From NCBI GenBank assembly GCA_020632515.1, contig JACKFK010000004.1, positions 68-64,067 of the forward strand: a stretch of 64,000 nt of DNA. Reading direction: 5' to 3'. The position numbers were made by a program, and so were the translations under genes. The notes below the pieces were generated by a model that worked only from the letters and a program-made list of their open reading frames with translations, was not told where the DNA came from and did no database searches. Below are positions 27,947 to 36,495 of this stretch, piece after piece. How positions within the stretch are numbered: the stretch's first letter is position 1; every line of letters starts with the position of its first letter. This stretch comes from Candidatus Omnitrophota bacterium (GTDB taxonomy: Bacteria; Omnitrophota; Gorgyraeia; Zapsychrales; Zapsychraceae).

Positions 27947-29863
27947 ATGGGCCGTGATCTGCTCGCGCAGGACTACATTCTCAAACAATTAACGGCATCT
28001 CTCATTTATCCGGAAAAGGAACTTGGTCAGACATTTTGGGATCGGGTTTATCAAAAGGCCTACGATCTTTATGGCACTACGGAAATCTCGGTTGATACGT
28101 TTCATAAAGTCTGGATAGTTTCCGAGCAAGCCACGGTGCATCAAGGCGGGGATATGGCGCTGGTGGTGGAGAATAAACTAAAGGTGATGCTGGAAGAAGA
28201 TTATGAGGCGATGAAGTATAGCAGTGATCAGTGGTCAGAGGTTAGTGGGCAAGATCGGGTAGTTGAACAAAAACTTAAAGATTTGCCCTTGGACCATAAA
28301 ACCTTGACGACGAAGATTCTCAAAACGGTCATTATCCCTGAAATTGAACGGGAAGTAAATCAAGGCCGGCATTTTGCCAATCTTCGCCAAATTTTTTATT
28401 CCCTAATTTTAGCCACCTGGTATAAACGTGCGTTAGAGAAAAATGTATTTTCGCAAGTGTATTCTAATACTAATAAAACAGACGGCATTGATGTGGATGA
28501 TAAAAACGTTAAACAAAAGATTTATGACCAGTATTTAGCCGCGTTTAAAAAAGGGGTTTATGATTATCTTAAAGAAGATTATGATCCGCGAACGCAGGGA
28601 GTTGTTTCCCGAAAATATTTTTCCGGAGGAATGGCTGTGTCCTATGGAGACACGAATTTTAAAATTGAAAAACAGCCTGATGAAGCAGCTGTCAGCCAGA
28701 TAGCTATGAGCGGGTCCAATGGGCCTATTACTGTGGCTCGAACGCTGAACGACTTACTGAAAAACGACTCGATCGACGAAGCTCAAACTTCCACTTCCTC
28801 GCCGATGGGTGACGAAACTATGAGAGGAAATGAACCCCAATCGGTTGAGATGGTTATTTTATCTAATCAAGAAGGCATTGAGAGTCAAGTGTCAATAGAT
28901 GAATTAGAAAGAATATTTAAAAATTATGATGGTAAGGAGAAAGAAAGATTACGGGAATGGGAAATTTTTAATCGTCATAAATATATATTGCAGACAATTA
29001 TTAGTCATGACCCAACATTGAGATTTATTAAGATTATCGATATGCGTTCTTTTTTTTCAACTTATCTTTTTGAAAAGGAAGTTTTTGATTCAAGGGATAT
29101 TGGTAAAAAGAAGAAGTACGTGCTAAAAATTGACAATGTGATATCGGGACAAATTTTATTCCATAATGATTATTTGCGCGGCAACTTAGTGGAAGATACA
29201 GGGTTTGTATCTAAAGTACGAAGAGTGTATAAATTAAATATTGATCCAGAGAAAAATAATATAGCGTTGCTGATGGATTATTTTGGAGATGATGATTTTA
29301 CGGTGATTAATGAAGTTATAAGTGATTCTAATCTTTTAACAAAAGAAAGAATAATGATAGCTTTAAGAAAAATGCATCATGCATTTTGGAAAAAGGGGTT
29401 TGTTATTCTAGATCAAGAACTTAATAATTTTAGAATTAATCAAAACGGTAAAATTAAATTGGTGGATCGTGGTTCCTTACATCCAATAAATAAATATGAT
29501 GTAGATAATTATGCAGAAGATCAAAATAAGTTTTTGTTTAAGGTGATGGGTGAAAATGATAAAACTTCAGTAATTCCTCTAGAGGCTGAAATTGAGATTC
29601 AAGAAGAATCCAGTAGCCCGGTTGTGGATGAGGCGTCAGTCGGGGGGATCGACCTTAACCCGGAATTGTTTGAATTTAAAACACAAGGGCAGGATGTTGA
29701 ATTTGAGATTCCGGTTGATTTAGAGAATATTGATCCAGCCACAATCCGCGGGTTGAATCCTGTGATTTATCAAATGATCCCTATTCATAGTGTCCCAGCT
29801 CTTCTAGGTGCGGTCAATGGTGATGCTACACCGCCGCAATCTGCCGAACGTTCCCTAACCTAA
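27947..29863 (+). CDS. C-terminal part of the same secreted protein: conserved-unknown domain, Ser/Pro linkers, kinase-like insert, GGIDLN tail module
   Basis: 638 aa, in frame with 27557-27946. Tail VGGIDLNPELFEFKTQG...IRGLNPVIYQMIPI resembles, from memory, a module recurrent in uncultivated-lineage proteins. Residues about 340-540 carry kinase-like motifs. Confidence 0.6.
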   Translation: MGRDLLAQDYILKQLTASLIYPEKELGQTFWDRVYQKAYDLYGTTEISVDTFHKVWIVSEQATVHQGGDMALVVENKLKVMLEEDYEAMKYSSDQWSEVSGQDRVVEQKLKDLPLDHKTLTTKILKTVIIPEIEREVNQGRHFANLRQIFYSLILATWYKRALEKNVFSQVYSNTNKTDGIDVDDKNVKQKIYDQYLAAFKKGVYDYLKEDYDPRTQGVVSRKYFSGGMAVSYGDTNFKIEKQPDEAAVSQIAMSGSNGPITVARTLNDLLKNDSIDEAQTSTSSPMGDETMRGNEPQSVEMVILSNQEGIESQVSIDELERIFKNYDGKEKERLREWEIFNRHKYILQTIISHDPTLRFIKIIDMRSFFSTYLFEKEVFDSRDIGKKKKYVLKIDNVISGQILFHNDYLRGNLVEDTGFVSKVRRVYKLNIDPEKNNIALLMDYFGDDDFTVINEVISDSNLLTKERIMIALRKMHHAFWKKGFVILDQELNNFRINQNGKIKLVDRGSLHPINKYDVDNYAEDQNKFLFKVMGENDKTSVIPLEAEIEIQEESSSPVVDEASVGGIDLNPELFEFKTQGQDVEFEIPVDLENIDPATIRGLNPVIYQMIPIHSVPALLGAVNGDATPPQSAERSLT

Positions 29864-30110
29864 CCCGCTCCCCGGCTTATGTGAAAAAGCACAGGTTTAC
29901 CGAAGTCAAAGACGAGGTTGAAAATCTTAGTTTTTTAAATTAACCAGAAATACGGCCTTTGGAAGAACGGTGAAGTGATTATATTAATAATATATATAAT
30001 ATTAATTTAAAGCTCTTTTTTGGAAGAGGTTCAAAAAATTGTTGTAACTTTATATTTATTATATGGTTGGAGTTTGTATTACGAGTATTTGCATCCAAGC
30101 CTTTCTCGGT

Positions 30111-30139
30111 TTGACAGCCTATAGGGGATGTGTTACAAT
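30111..30139 (+). promoter_or_regulatory. near-consensus sigma70 promoter TTGACA-17 nt-TACAAT
   Basis: TTGACA at 30111-30116, a hand-counted 17-nt spacer, TACAAT at 30134-30139. It lies about 107 nt upstream of the aroK ATG. Confidence 0.6.
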
Positions 30140-30252
30140 CCTGCGCGTTATTTAATTTCAAAATTCTAAGACTTTTTTAGTATGTAATTTTAGGTGTTTG
30201 AGAATAACAGGGTAAGTTAAAATAAGCAAATTTTTAGATTTTCCGTCAATCC

Positions 30253-30759
30253 ATGGAAGAGCGAAATATTGTATTAATCGGATTTATGGGCTCAGGCAAA
30301 TCGTCTGTGGCCAGATTGCTAGGACAGCAACTGAAAAGAGAAGTGATTTCCAGTGATGAATGGATTGTGGATCAAGAACAATGCCCGATTGCTGAAATTT
30401 TTAGGAATAAGGGCGAAGCGTATTTTCGTCAATTAGAAAAAAAAGCTATTGCCGCAATCGCGCAAAAGCAGGGGATTATTATTGATTGCGGCGGCGGTGT
30501 GGTGTTGCAGCAGGAAAATATTGATATTTTAAAAAAGAATGGGCTTTTAATTTATCTGGCTGCAACGGTGGAATTTCTGTATTCTCAGATTCAAGCGAAT
30601 AAAGATCGTCCTTTGTTAAATGTGGCTGATCCGCTTACGCAGATGAAGCAGCTGCTGGAACAGCGTGAAAGTCAGTATGAACAGGCTGATATTAAGATTG
30701 ATTCCACGGATAAATCAATTGACTGGATTGCCCAAGAGATTGTGAAAAGAATTAAATGA
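30253..30759 (+). CDS. aroK: shikimate kinase
   Basis: 168 aa. Walker A GFMGSGKS, plus FRQLE and GGGVV motifs. Confidence 0.9.
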   Translation: MEERNIVLIGFMGSGKSSVARLLGQQLKREVISSDEWIVDQEQCPIAEIFRNKGEAYFRQLEKKAIAAIAQKQGIIIDCGGGVVLQQENIDILKKNGLLIYLAATVEFLYSQIQANKDRPLLNVADPLTQMKQLLEQRESQYEQADIKIDSTDKSIDWIAQEIVKRIK

Positions 30760-31865
30760 AAACAGAAATTGAATATTTAATAATATTAAATGCGGTGCCG
30801 GGAATAGGCAATGCGACGGCGCGGAAGTTATTAACCCGATTTGGATCTGCTGAGAAGATTTTTAAATTGACAGAAAAAGAATTGGCCGCAAGCGGTTGTT
30901 TGTCAAAGAAGATGTTGGAAAGTTTTTTTGCTTTCGCGACAGATTCCTTCCTCGAACGTGAACAAAAACTTATCGATAAGCATAATGTTCAGGTGATCGC
31001 CTGTACAGATGAAGCTTATCCGGAAACGTTAAGAGAAATTCCTGACGCGCCGCTGGTTTTGTATGTAAAAGGCAATTTATCCGCGCAGGATATTTCATCG
31101 ATCGCGATTGTCGGATCCCGGCGGGCTTCGATTTATGGATTATCAGTAGCCAGGCAGTTAGCCATGCAGTTGGCTGACTATGATATTCGAGTGGTGTCGG
31201 GAATGGCCAGGGGGATTGATACTGCCGCTCACCAAGGTATTATTGCTGCGAAAGGAAACACGATTGCCGTGCTTGGCAACGGACTTAATCATATTTATCC
31301 AGCGGAAAATAAAAACTTGTTTGACGATATTGTGCAGCATGGCGCGGTGATTTCCGAATTCTCCATGGATACGCGTCCTAAGCCGCATAATTTTCCACGG
31401 AGAAATAGAATTATCAGCGGGCTTGCGCGAGGTGTGATTGTGGTGGAGGCGGCCGAACGCAGCGGGGCTTTAATTACCGCTGACTTTGCGTTGGAACAAG
31501 GCCGGGAAGTATATGCGGTGCCGGGCAATATCAACACGTTAACATCCAAAGGAGTTAATCATCTGATTAAACAAGGTGCGAAGTTAATGACGAGTTTGGA
31601 AGATGTTTTAGAAGATTTACCAGCTTTGAAAACGCGAAACAGTGTTAACGCGAATGCGAATGCAAAGCCTTCGCAAGAAGTGCCAAGCGGTCTATCTGAT
31701 CAGGAACAGGAAATTTATCAACGGTTAATGCAAGGGCCGATACATATTGACGATTTGTTGGGAACAACACGTATTGCTATCCCGCAAATGACATCTGTTT
31801 TATTAAATTTAGAAATGAAAAAAATAATTAAGCAATTACCGGGTAAAATCTTTACTCGTGCTTAA
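30756..31865 (+). CDS. dprA: DNA-processing protein DprA
   Basis: 369 aa. IVGSRRAS, SGMARGIDTAAH, FPRRNRIISGL. ATGA overlap with aroK. Confidence 0.92.
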   Translation: MKTEIEYLIILNAVPGIGNATARKLLTRFGSAEKIFKLTEKELAASGCLSKKMLESFFAFATDSFLEREQKLIDKHNVQVIACTDEAYPETLREIPDAPLVLYVKGNLSAQDISSIAIVGSRRASIYGLSVARQLAMQLADYDIRVVSGMARGIDTAAHQGIIAAKGNTIAVLGNGLNHIYPAENKNLFDDIVQHGAVISEFSMDTRPKPHNFPRRNRIISGLARGVIVVEAAERSGALITADFALEQGREVYAVPGNINTLTSKGVNHLIKQGAKLMTSLEDVLEDLPALKTRNSVNANANAKPSQEVPSGLSDQEQEIYQRLMQGPIHIDDLLGTTRIAIPQMTSVLLNLEMKKIIKQLPGKIFTRA

Positions 31866-31881
31866 GATTTAAGGAACCGAT

Positions 31882-33900
31882 ATGGCTAAAAAAATTGTTA
31901 TTGTTGAGTCCCCCACAAAAGTCAAAACCATTAATAAAATCTTAGGAAGTAGTTATAAAGTAATGTCGTCGATGGGGCATTTGATTGATTTGCCTAAATC
32001 TACTCTTGGTGTTGATATTGAAAATAATTTCGAACCGAAATTTATTGTTGTACGTAGTAAGTCAAAATATCTGACAAAGCTTAAGAAAGATACAAAAACC
32101 GCGAAAGAAATTTATGTGGCCACCGACCCTGACCGCGAAGGTGAGGCGATTGGTTGGAATTTAAAAAATCATATTGGAGAAGGTAAAAAAGTCTTTCGGG
32201 TGACATTTCAGGAAATTACCAAAGAAGCGGTTTTAAAGGCCTTTAAGAATCCGCGGGAATTCGACGCGAAGAAAATTGACGCGCAAATCGGCCGGCGGAT
32301 TTTGGATCGTATAGTGGGATATAAAATTAGTCCGCTTTTATGGAAAAAGGTTGGTTCGCGCTTAAGTGCCGGACGGGTGCAGTCGGTAGCGTTAAAACTG
32401 ATTGTCGACCGTGAACGGGAGATTGAAGATTTTGATCCAAAAGAATATTGGAGTGTTTTGGTTGATCTGGAAAAAGAAGGTTATAAAGATTTATTAGAAG
32501 CATCTTTGGATAAGATCAAAGGGGATAAATTTGAACTTAATTCGAAAGAGGAAACAGATAAAGTTATCGCGGATTTTAAAGATAAGAAGTTTGAAGTTTC
32601 AAATATTTCTCAGCGGGATGTTAAACGTAAACCCACGGCACCGCTTATCACCAGTACTTTACAGCAGGAGGCTTTTAACAAACTGCGGTTTAATTCCAAT
32701 AAAACCATGATGATCGCGCAGCAGTTGTATGAAGGGATTGATTTAGGGGATGGCGAAACTATTGGTTTAATTACCTATATGCGTACCGATTCCGTGAATA
32801 TTTCTAATGAAGCTGTGGAACGAGTGCGGCAATTTATCAAATCCCAATATGGCGATCAATATCTTCCTGACACGCCTAACAAATATAAATCAAAGAAATC
32901 CGCACAGGAAGCGCATGAGGCGATCCGTCCGACGGATGTTATGCGCAAGCCGCAGGATGTTCGTAACTATTTGGATGATGATCAATATAAACTCTATAAT
33001 GTTATTTGGAACCGATTTGTCAGTTCACAGATGGTGCCAGCGGTCTATGAGTATAAGAGGATGGAAATTGACGCGGGTGATTATCAGTTTGCTGCGTCAG
33101 GGTCTTCACTTAAATTTGATGGCTATTTAACGCTTGAGCGTGAAGATAAAGAAGAAGAAAAAATTGTCGATTTTTCTCATTACGTTAAAGGGGATGTCCT
33201 GAAGTTAAAAGAGGTTAAACCAACACAACATTTTACTAAACCGCCGCCGCGTTTTTCTGACGCCAGTTTGGTCAAGGCATTGGAAGAAGATGGTATTGGC
33301 CGGCCAAGTACTTACGCATCTATTATTTTGACGTTAGTTTTAAGGAATTACATTATCCGAAATAAAGGTTATCTGGCACCGACAGAATTAGGGATTCTTA
33401 TTTGCGATTTGCTGGTTGAGTACTTCTCGAAGATTATGGATGAAGGGTTCACGGCGAAGATGGAGGAAAATCTTGATTTAGTTGAAGAGGGTAAACTGGA
33501 ATATCCTAAACTTTTACAGGAGTTCTACACACCTTTTAAAGAACAGTTAGATCATGCGGAAGCTACAATTGTTAAAACACCGAATTACATTGATAAATTT
33601 TGTCCGGAAGCGAATTGTGGAAAGCAATTGGTTGTGAAATGGGGACGGCGTGGTAAGTTTATCAGCTGTTCTGGTTTTCCTGATTGTACATACTCAGAAC
33701 CTTTTACTACAGGGATTAAATGTCCGTCGGGTAAGGGAGAATTGATTCTGCGTAAATCCAAAAAAGGGATGCGTTTTTACGGATGCAGCAATTATCCGCG
33801 CTGTAACTTTATGGTCAAAGAATTGCCAAAAGAAGACGCGATGCAGAGTTTGGAATGTCCTTTAGCCGGAGTAAGAAAAATTCAGACAGCCGAAGAATAG
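31882..33900 (+). CDS. topA: DNA topoisomerase I
   Basis: 672 aa. Toprim IVESPTK and DPDREGEAI, active-site region ITYMRTDS, C-terminal Cys4 zinc ribbons. Confidence 0.96.
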   Translation: MAKKIVIVESPTKVKTINKILGSSYKVMSSMGHLIDLPKSTLGVDIENNFEPKFIVVRSKSKYLTKLKKDTKTAKEIYVATDPDREGEAIGWNLKNHIGEGKKVFRVTFQEITKEAVLKAFKNPREFDAKKIDAQIGRRILDRIVGYKISPLLWKKVGSRLSAGRVQSVALKLIVDREREIEDFDPKEYWSVLVDLEKEGYKDLLEASLDKIKGDKFELNSKEETDKVIADFKDKKFEVSNISQRDVKRKPTAPLITSTLQQEAFNKLRFNSNKTMMIAQQLYEGIDLGDGETIGLITYMRTDSVNISNEAVERVRQFIKSQYGDQYLPDTPNKYKSKKSAQEAHEAIRPTDVMRKPQDVRNYLDDDQYKLYNVIWNRFVSSQMVPAVYEYKRMEIDAGDYQFAASGSSLKFDGYLTLEREDKEEEKIVDFSHYVKGDVLKLKEVKPTQHFTKPPPRFSDASLVKALEEDGIGRPSTYASIILTLVLRNYIIRNKGYLAPTELGILICDLLVEYFSKIMDEGFTAKMEENLDLVEEGKLEYPKLLQEFYTPFKEQLDHAEATIVKTPNYIDKFCPEANCGKQLVVKWGRRGKFISCSGFPDCTYSEPFTTGIKCPSGKGELILRKSKKGMRFYGCSNYPRCNFMVKELPKEDAMQSLECPLAGVRKIQTAEE

Positions 33901-33950
33901 TTTTTACGTAAAGTTACCTATCGCTTATAAGTAAAAATTGGGCGTTAATT

Positions 33951-34811
33951 ATGGACCGTTATCTGGATAAATTTATTTCTTACCTTGAATTTGAGAAAAA
34001 TTATTCCAAACACACACTTATCAATTATTCAGCGGATTTAACGGAATTTGCCGAATTTATTCAAGGAACACCCATCCACAAAATTGATTATCTTTTTCTC
34101 CGCAGGTATTTAGCGCATTTAAAAAGCAAGGAACATGCGTCTCGTAGCATCGCGCGGAAATTATCAAGCTTGCGTAGTTTTTTTAAATTTCTGACTCGGG
34201 AAGGGTTGATCAAAGATAATCCAGCAGGGCTTTTAATGTCGCCGAAGTTGGATAAAGTTTTGCCGAAATTCTTAAGCGAAGAGGAAATGGTCAAGTTTAT
34301 CGAGGCTCCTGGAGTTGTCGAGAAATTAAGCAAACGGGATACCGCGATTTTTGAAACATTATATAGTACAGGAATACGGGTGAGTGAATTAGTCGGGTTA
34401 AATATTGAAGACGTGGATTTAATCGGGAATATCGCTAAAGTAATGGGCAAAGGACGGAAAGAACGGTTGGTGCCGATTGGGGATAAAGCGATTGAAGCAA
34501 TTCAGGAGTATTTGAAAAACCGGGAGCAACAATCGAGGGTGTTATTTCTTAATAAAAACGGAACACGGTTATCAACGCGAGGTGTTCGTCTGATCGTGGA
34601 TAAATATATTCATAAAGCAAGTTTAAACCGCAAGATTTCTCCTCATGTTCTCCGGCATTCCTTTGCAACGCATTTACTGAACCGCGGCGCGGATCTGCGG
34701 GCTGTTCAGGAGTTATTAGGGCATGTCAATCTTTCAACAACACAGGTCTATACGCACATCACCACGGATCGATTGAAAAAAGTTTATGATAAAGCGCATC
34801 CGCGGGCGTAA
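33951..34811 (+). CDS. xerC: tyrosine site-specific recombinase XerC/XerD type
   Basis: 286 aa. Catalytic motifs GIRVSEL, RHSFATHLL, LGHVNLSTTQVYTH. XerC versus XerD cannot be resolved by eye. Confidence 0.85.
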   Translation: MDRYLDKFISYLEFEKNYSKHTLINYSADLTEFAEFIQGTPIHKIDYLFLRRYLAHLKSKEHASRSIARKLSSLRSFFKFLTREGLIKDNPAGLLMSPKLDKVLPKFLSEEEMVKFIEAPGVVEKLSKRDTAIFETLYSTGIRVSELVGLNIEDVDLIGNIAKVMGKGRKERLVPIGDKAIEAIQEYLKNREQQSRVLFLNKNGTRLSTRGVRLIVDKYIHKASLNRKISPHVLRHSFATHLLNRGADLRAVQELLGHVNLSTTQVYTHITTDRLKKVYDKAHPRA

Positions 34812-34846
34812 TAAATTAATGTCTTTTTTTATTTGAGATTCTTATT

Positions 34847-36475
34847 ATGAAATTAAGTAAAACTGTAAAAAATATTGTTTGTGCCTTTCTATTATTGGTT
34901 GGAACGTATTTAAGCTTTTATGCGGCGTTGTGTTATATAGATGAAACATCCGCAAATTACACGGCAGATTATTTTGGCCTTGTCTTTACGCTTGGATTAG
35001 CAATTCCAGGAGCTATATGTATATTTTTTGGAACCCTGTTATTTAAACATAAACGGGATTTGTTTATCATATATGGATTTCTTTTCTTGTTTGTTCTTAC
35101 TTTTTCTTATCTCAGACGAGTTGAACTAAACCAGGAGTTTTTTTTCTTTGACTTTTTCTATTTGGTGATGGGGATCGGCGGTGTTTTATTAGGAGGAAGG
35201 TTAATCCGGTTTTGGTTTCTTGATTTTATTTTTTTGATGATGTTTATCCTCTATTTTCCTGTTTTATGTTTGAAAGGAAAATGGCATCGGGGGATGTGGG
35301 CGCGATTAGGGTTTTTACCACAAGAATTGGGGCAAAGGTTAACACATCCTGCCAACATTTGGATTCACGCAGTTAGTGTAGGTGAGATTCAGGCTGTTGC
35401 TAATATTGTGAGCAAGATACAGGAAGCTTTCCCGTCTTATCAAATGATTTGTTCGACCGTAACAAAAACCGGGTTTCAGTTGGCCCGCGAGCGGTTTCCG
35501 CAAAGTGTTCAGGTTATTTACGCGCCGTTGGATTTCAGCGGGGTGGTACGCAAATTTATTAGAGTGATCAAGCCGCAGATTTATATTTCCACGGAAACTG
35601 AAATTTGGCCTAATATTTTTAATTTTTTGACGGCAAAGAATATTCCGATTGTGATAATCAATGGAAGAATTTCAGATCAATCTTTTCGCGGATATCGGTG
35701 GATAAGGTTTTTTGTTAAAGCTGTCCTTAAGAATGTCCGTGCCTTTTGTATGCAAAGTGAAGAGGATGCAAAACGGATTATTCATTTAGGAGCGCAGCCG
35801 CAACGTGTGAACATTGTCGGCAACATTAAATTTGACAGTTATCCGCAAGCGGCCGCCATTTCATTGCGCGAATTAGGTTATAACCAAGAGGATTGGTTAT
35901 GGATTGCCGGCAGTACGCATCCCGGGGAAGAGGAGATGTGTCTGAATATTTATCAACAATTAAAACAACAATTTTTACAATTGCGGTTGGTGCTTGTGCC
36001 GCGGCATATTGAGCGCAGTCGGGATGTTGAACGCATTGTTCTTAAACAGCAGTTAAAACCAGTTATGATGGCGTCGGCGCATAATGAAAGAATGGATGCG
36101 GAATGTGTTTTAATTGGAGATAAAATCGGTCAATTAGCCGGATTATATAGTTTGGCCAAAATTGTTTTTATCGGTAAAACATTTTGTATCGGCGGCGGTC
36201 AGAATATGTTGGAACCCGCTTTTTTCGGTAAACCAGTATTTGTTGGACCGTTGACACAGAATTTTCGGGATGTTATGCGGATTTTGAAACAAGAGGAAGC
36301 GATTATTCAAGTAGATACGCCGGCAGAATTGCAGAAGAAAATGGAGATGTATTTAAGAACTCCAGAGGATTTAAAACGAATTGGAGTTTGTGCGGCTAAG
36401 GCGGTTGAGAAGTATCGAGGCGCAACAGAGAAAACCGTTCAAATAATTAAAAAAATTTTAGATGGCGATTTGTAA
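34847..36475 (+). CDS. waaA: 3-deoxy-D-manno-octulosonic acid (Kdo) transferase with about 130-aa N-terminal polytopic extension
   Basis: 542 aa. KdtA signature IWIHAVSVGEIQA and a GT-B C-terminal half. Residues 1-130 form about 4 extra hydrophobic helices. Confidence 0.88.
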   Translation: MKLSKTVKNIVCAFLLLVGTYLSFYAALCYIDETSANYTADYFGLVFTLGLAIPGAICIFFGTLLFKHKRDLFIIYGFLFLFVLTFSYLRRVELNQEFFFFDFFYLVMGIGGVLLGGRLIRFWFLDFIFLMMFILYFPVLCLKGKWHRGMWARLGFLPQELGQRLTHPANIWIHAVSVGEIQAVANIVSKIQEAFPSYQMICSTVTKTGFQLARERFPQSVQVIYAPLDFSGVVRKFIRVIKPQIYISTETEIWPNIFNFLTAKNIPIVIINGRISDQSFRGYRWIRFFVKAVLKNVRAFCMQSEEDAKRIIHLGAQPQRVNIVGNIKFDSYPQAAAISLRELGYNQEDWLWIAGSTHPGEEEMCLNIYQQLKQQFLQLRLVLVPRHIERSRDVERIVLKQQLKPVMMASAHNERMDAECVLIGDKIGQLAGLYSLAKIVFIGKTFCIGGGQNMLEPAFFGKPVFVGPLTQNFRDVMRILKQEEAIIQVDTPAELQKKMEMYLRTPEDLKRIGVCAAKAVEKYRGATEKTVQIIKKILDGDL

Positions 36476-36495
36476 TTTGTAAAGCATATTAGAGA

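Noticed and set aside
28815-29610. Intein as the explanation for the AT-rich insert in the secreted-protein gene.
   Set aside because: There is no Cys/Ser/Thr at a plausible N-splice junction followed by block A, and no terminal His-Asn plus nucleophile. No homing-endonuclease motifs are visible, and the motifs present look kinase-like instead.
29983-30006. AT palindrome considered as a dif-like Xer site, given xerC 4 kb downstream and a TATATA centre as in the Bacillus dif (from memory).
   Set aside because: Only partial arm matches by hand (about 6-8 of 11 positions). In pure-AT sequence such matches are expected by chance, and dif is not normally linked to xerC.
29979-30161. 60-aa minus-strand ORF in the 29864-30252 gap.
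   Set aside because: The peptide is low-complexity (N/I/L-rich) with no Shine-Dalgarno. It overlaps the strong + strand promoter and the AT palindrome, so it is most likely a chance ORF in AT-rich DNA.
32807-33130. Same-strand alternative-frame ORFs inside genes (e.g. 32807-33130 in topA, 1465-1662, 6189-6455, 9949-10152, 24016-24207, 24455-24694, 51641-51832, 56826-57008).
   Set aside because: They are nested out of frame in strongly supported CDSs and have no independent signals.
34088-34450. Long antisense ORFs inside well-supported genes (e.g. 34088-34450, 57508-57870, 8747-9097, 17490-17822, 42848-43180, 46702-47025, 50989-51309, 58289-58618, 60363-60677, 39106-39420, 6108-6419).
   Set aside because: Each lies opposite a gene with clear family motifs. 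The translations are low-complexity with no recognisable motifs or Shine-Dalgarno. They are typical shadow ORFs.
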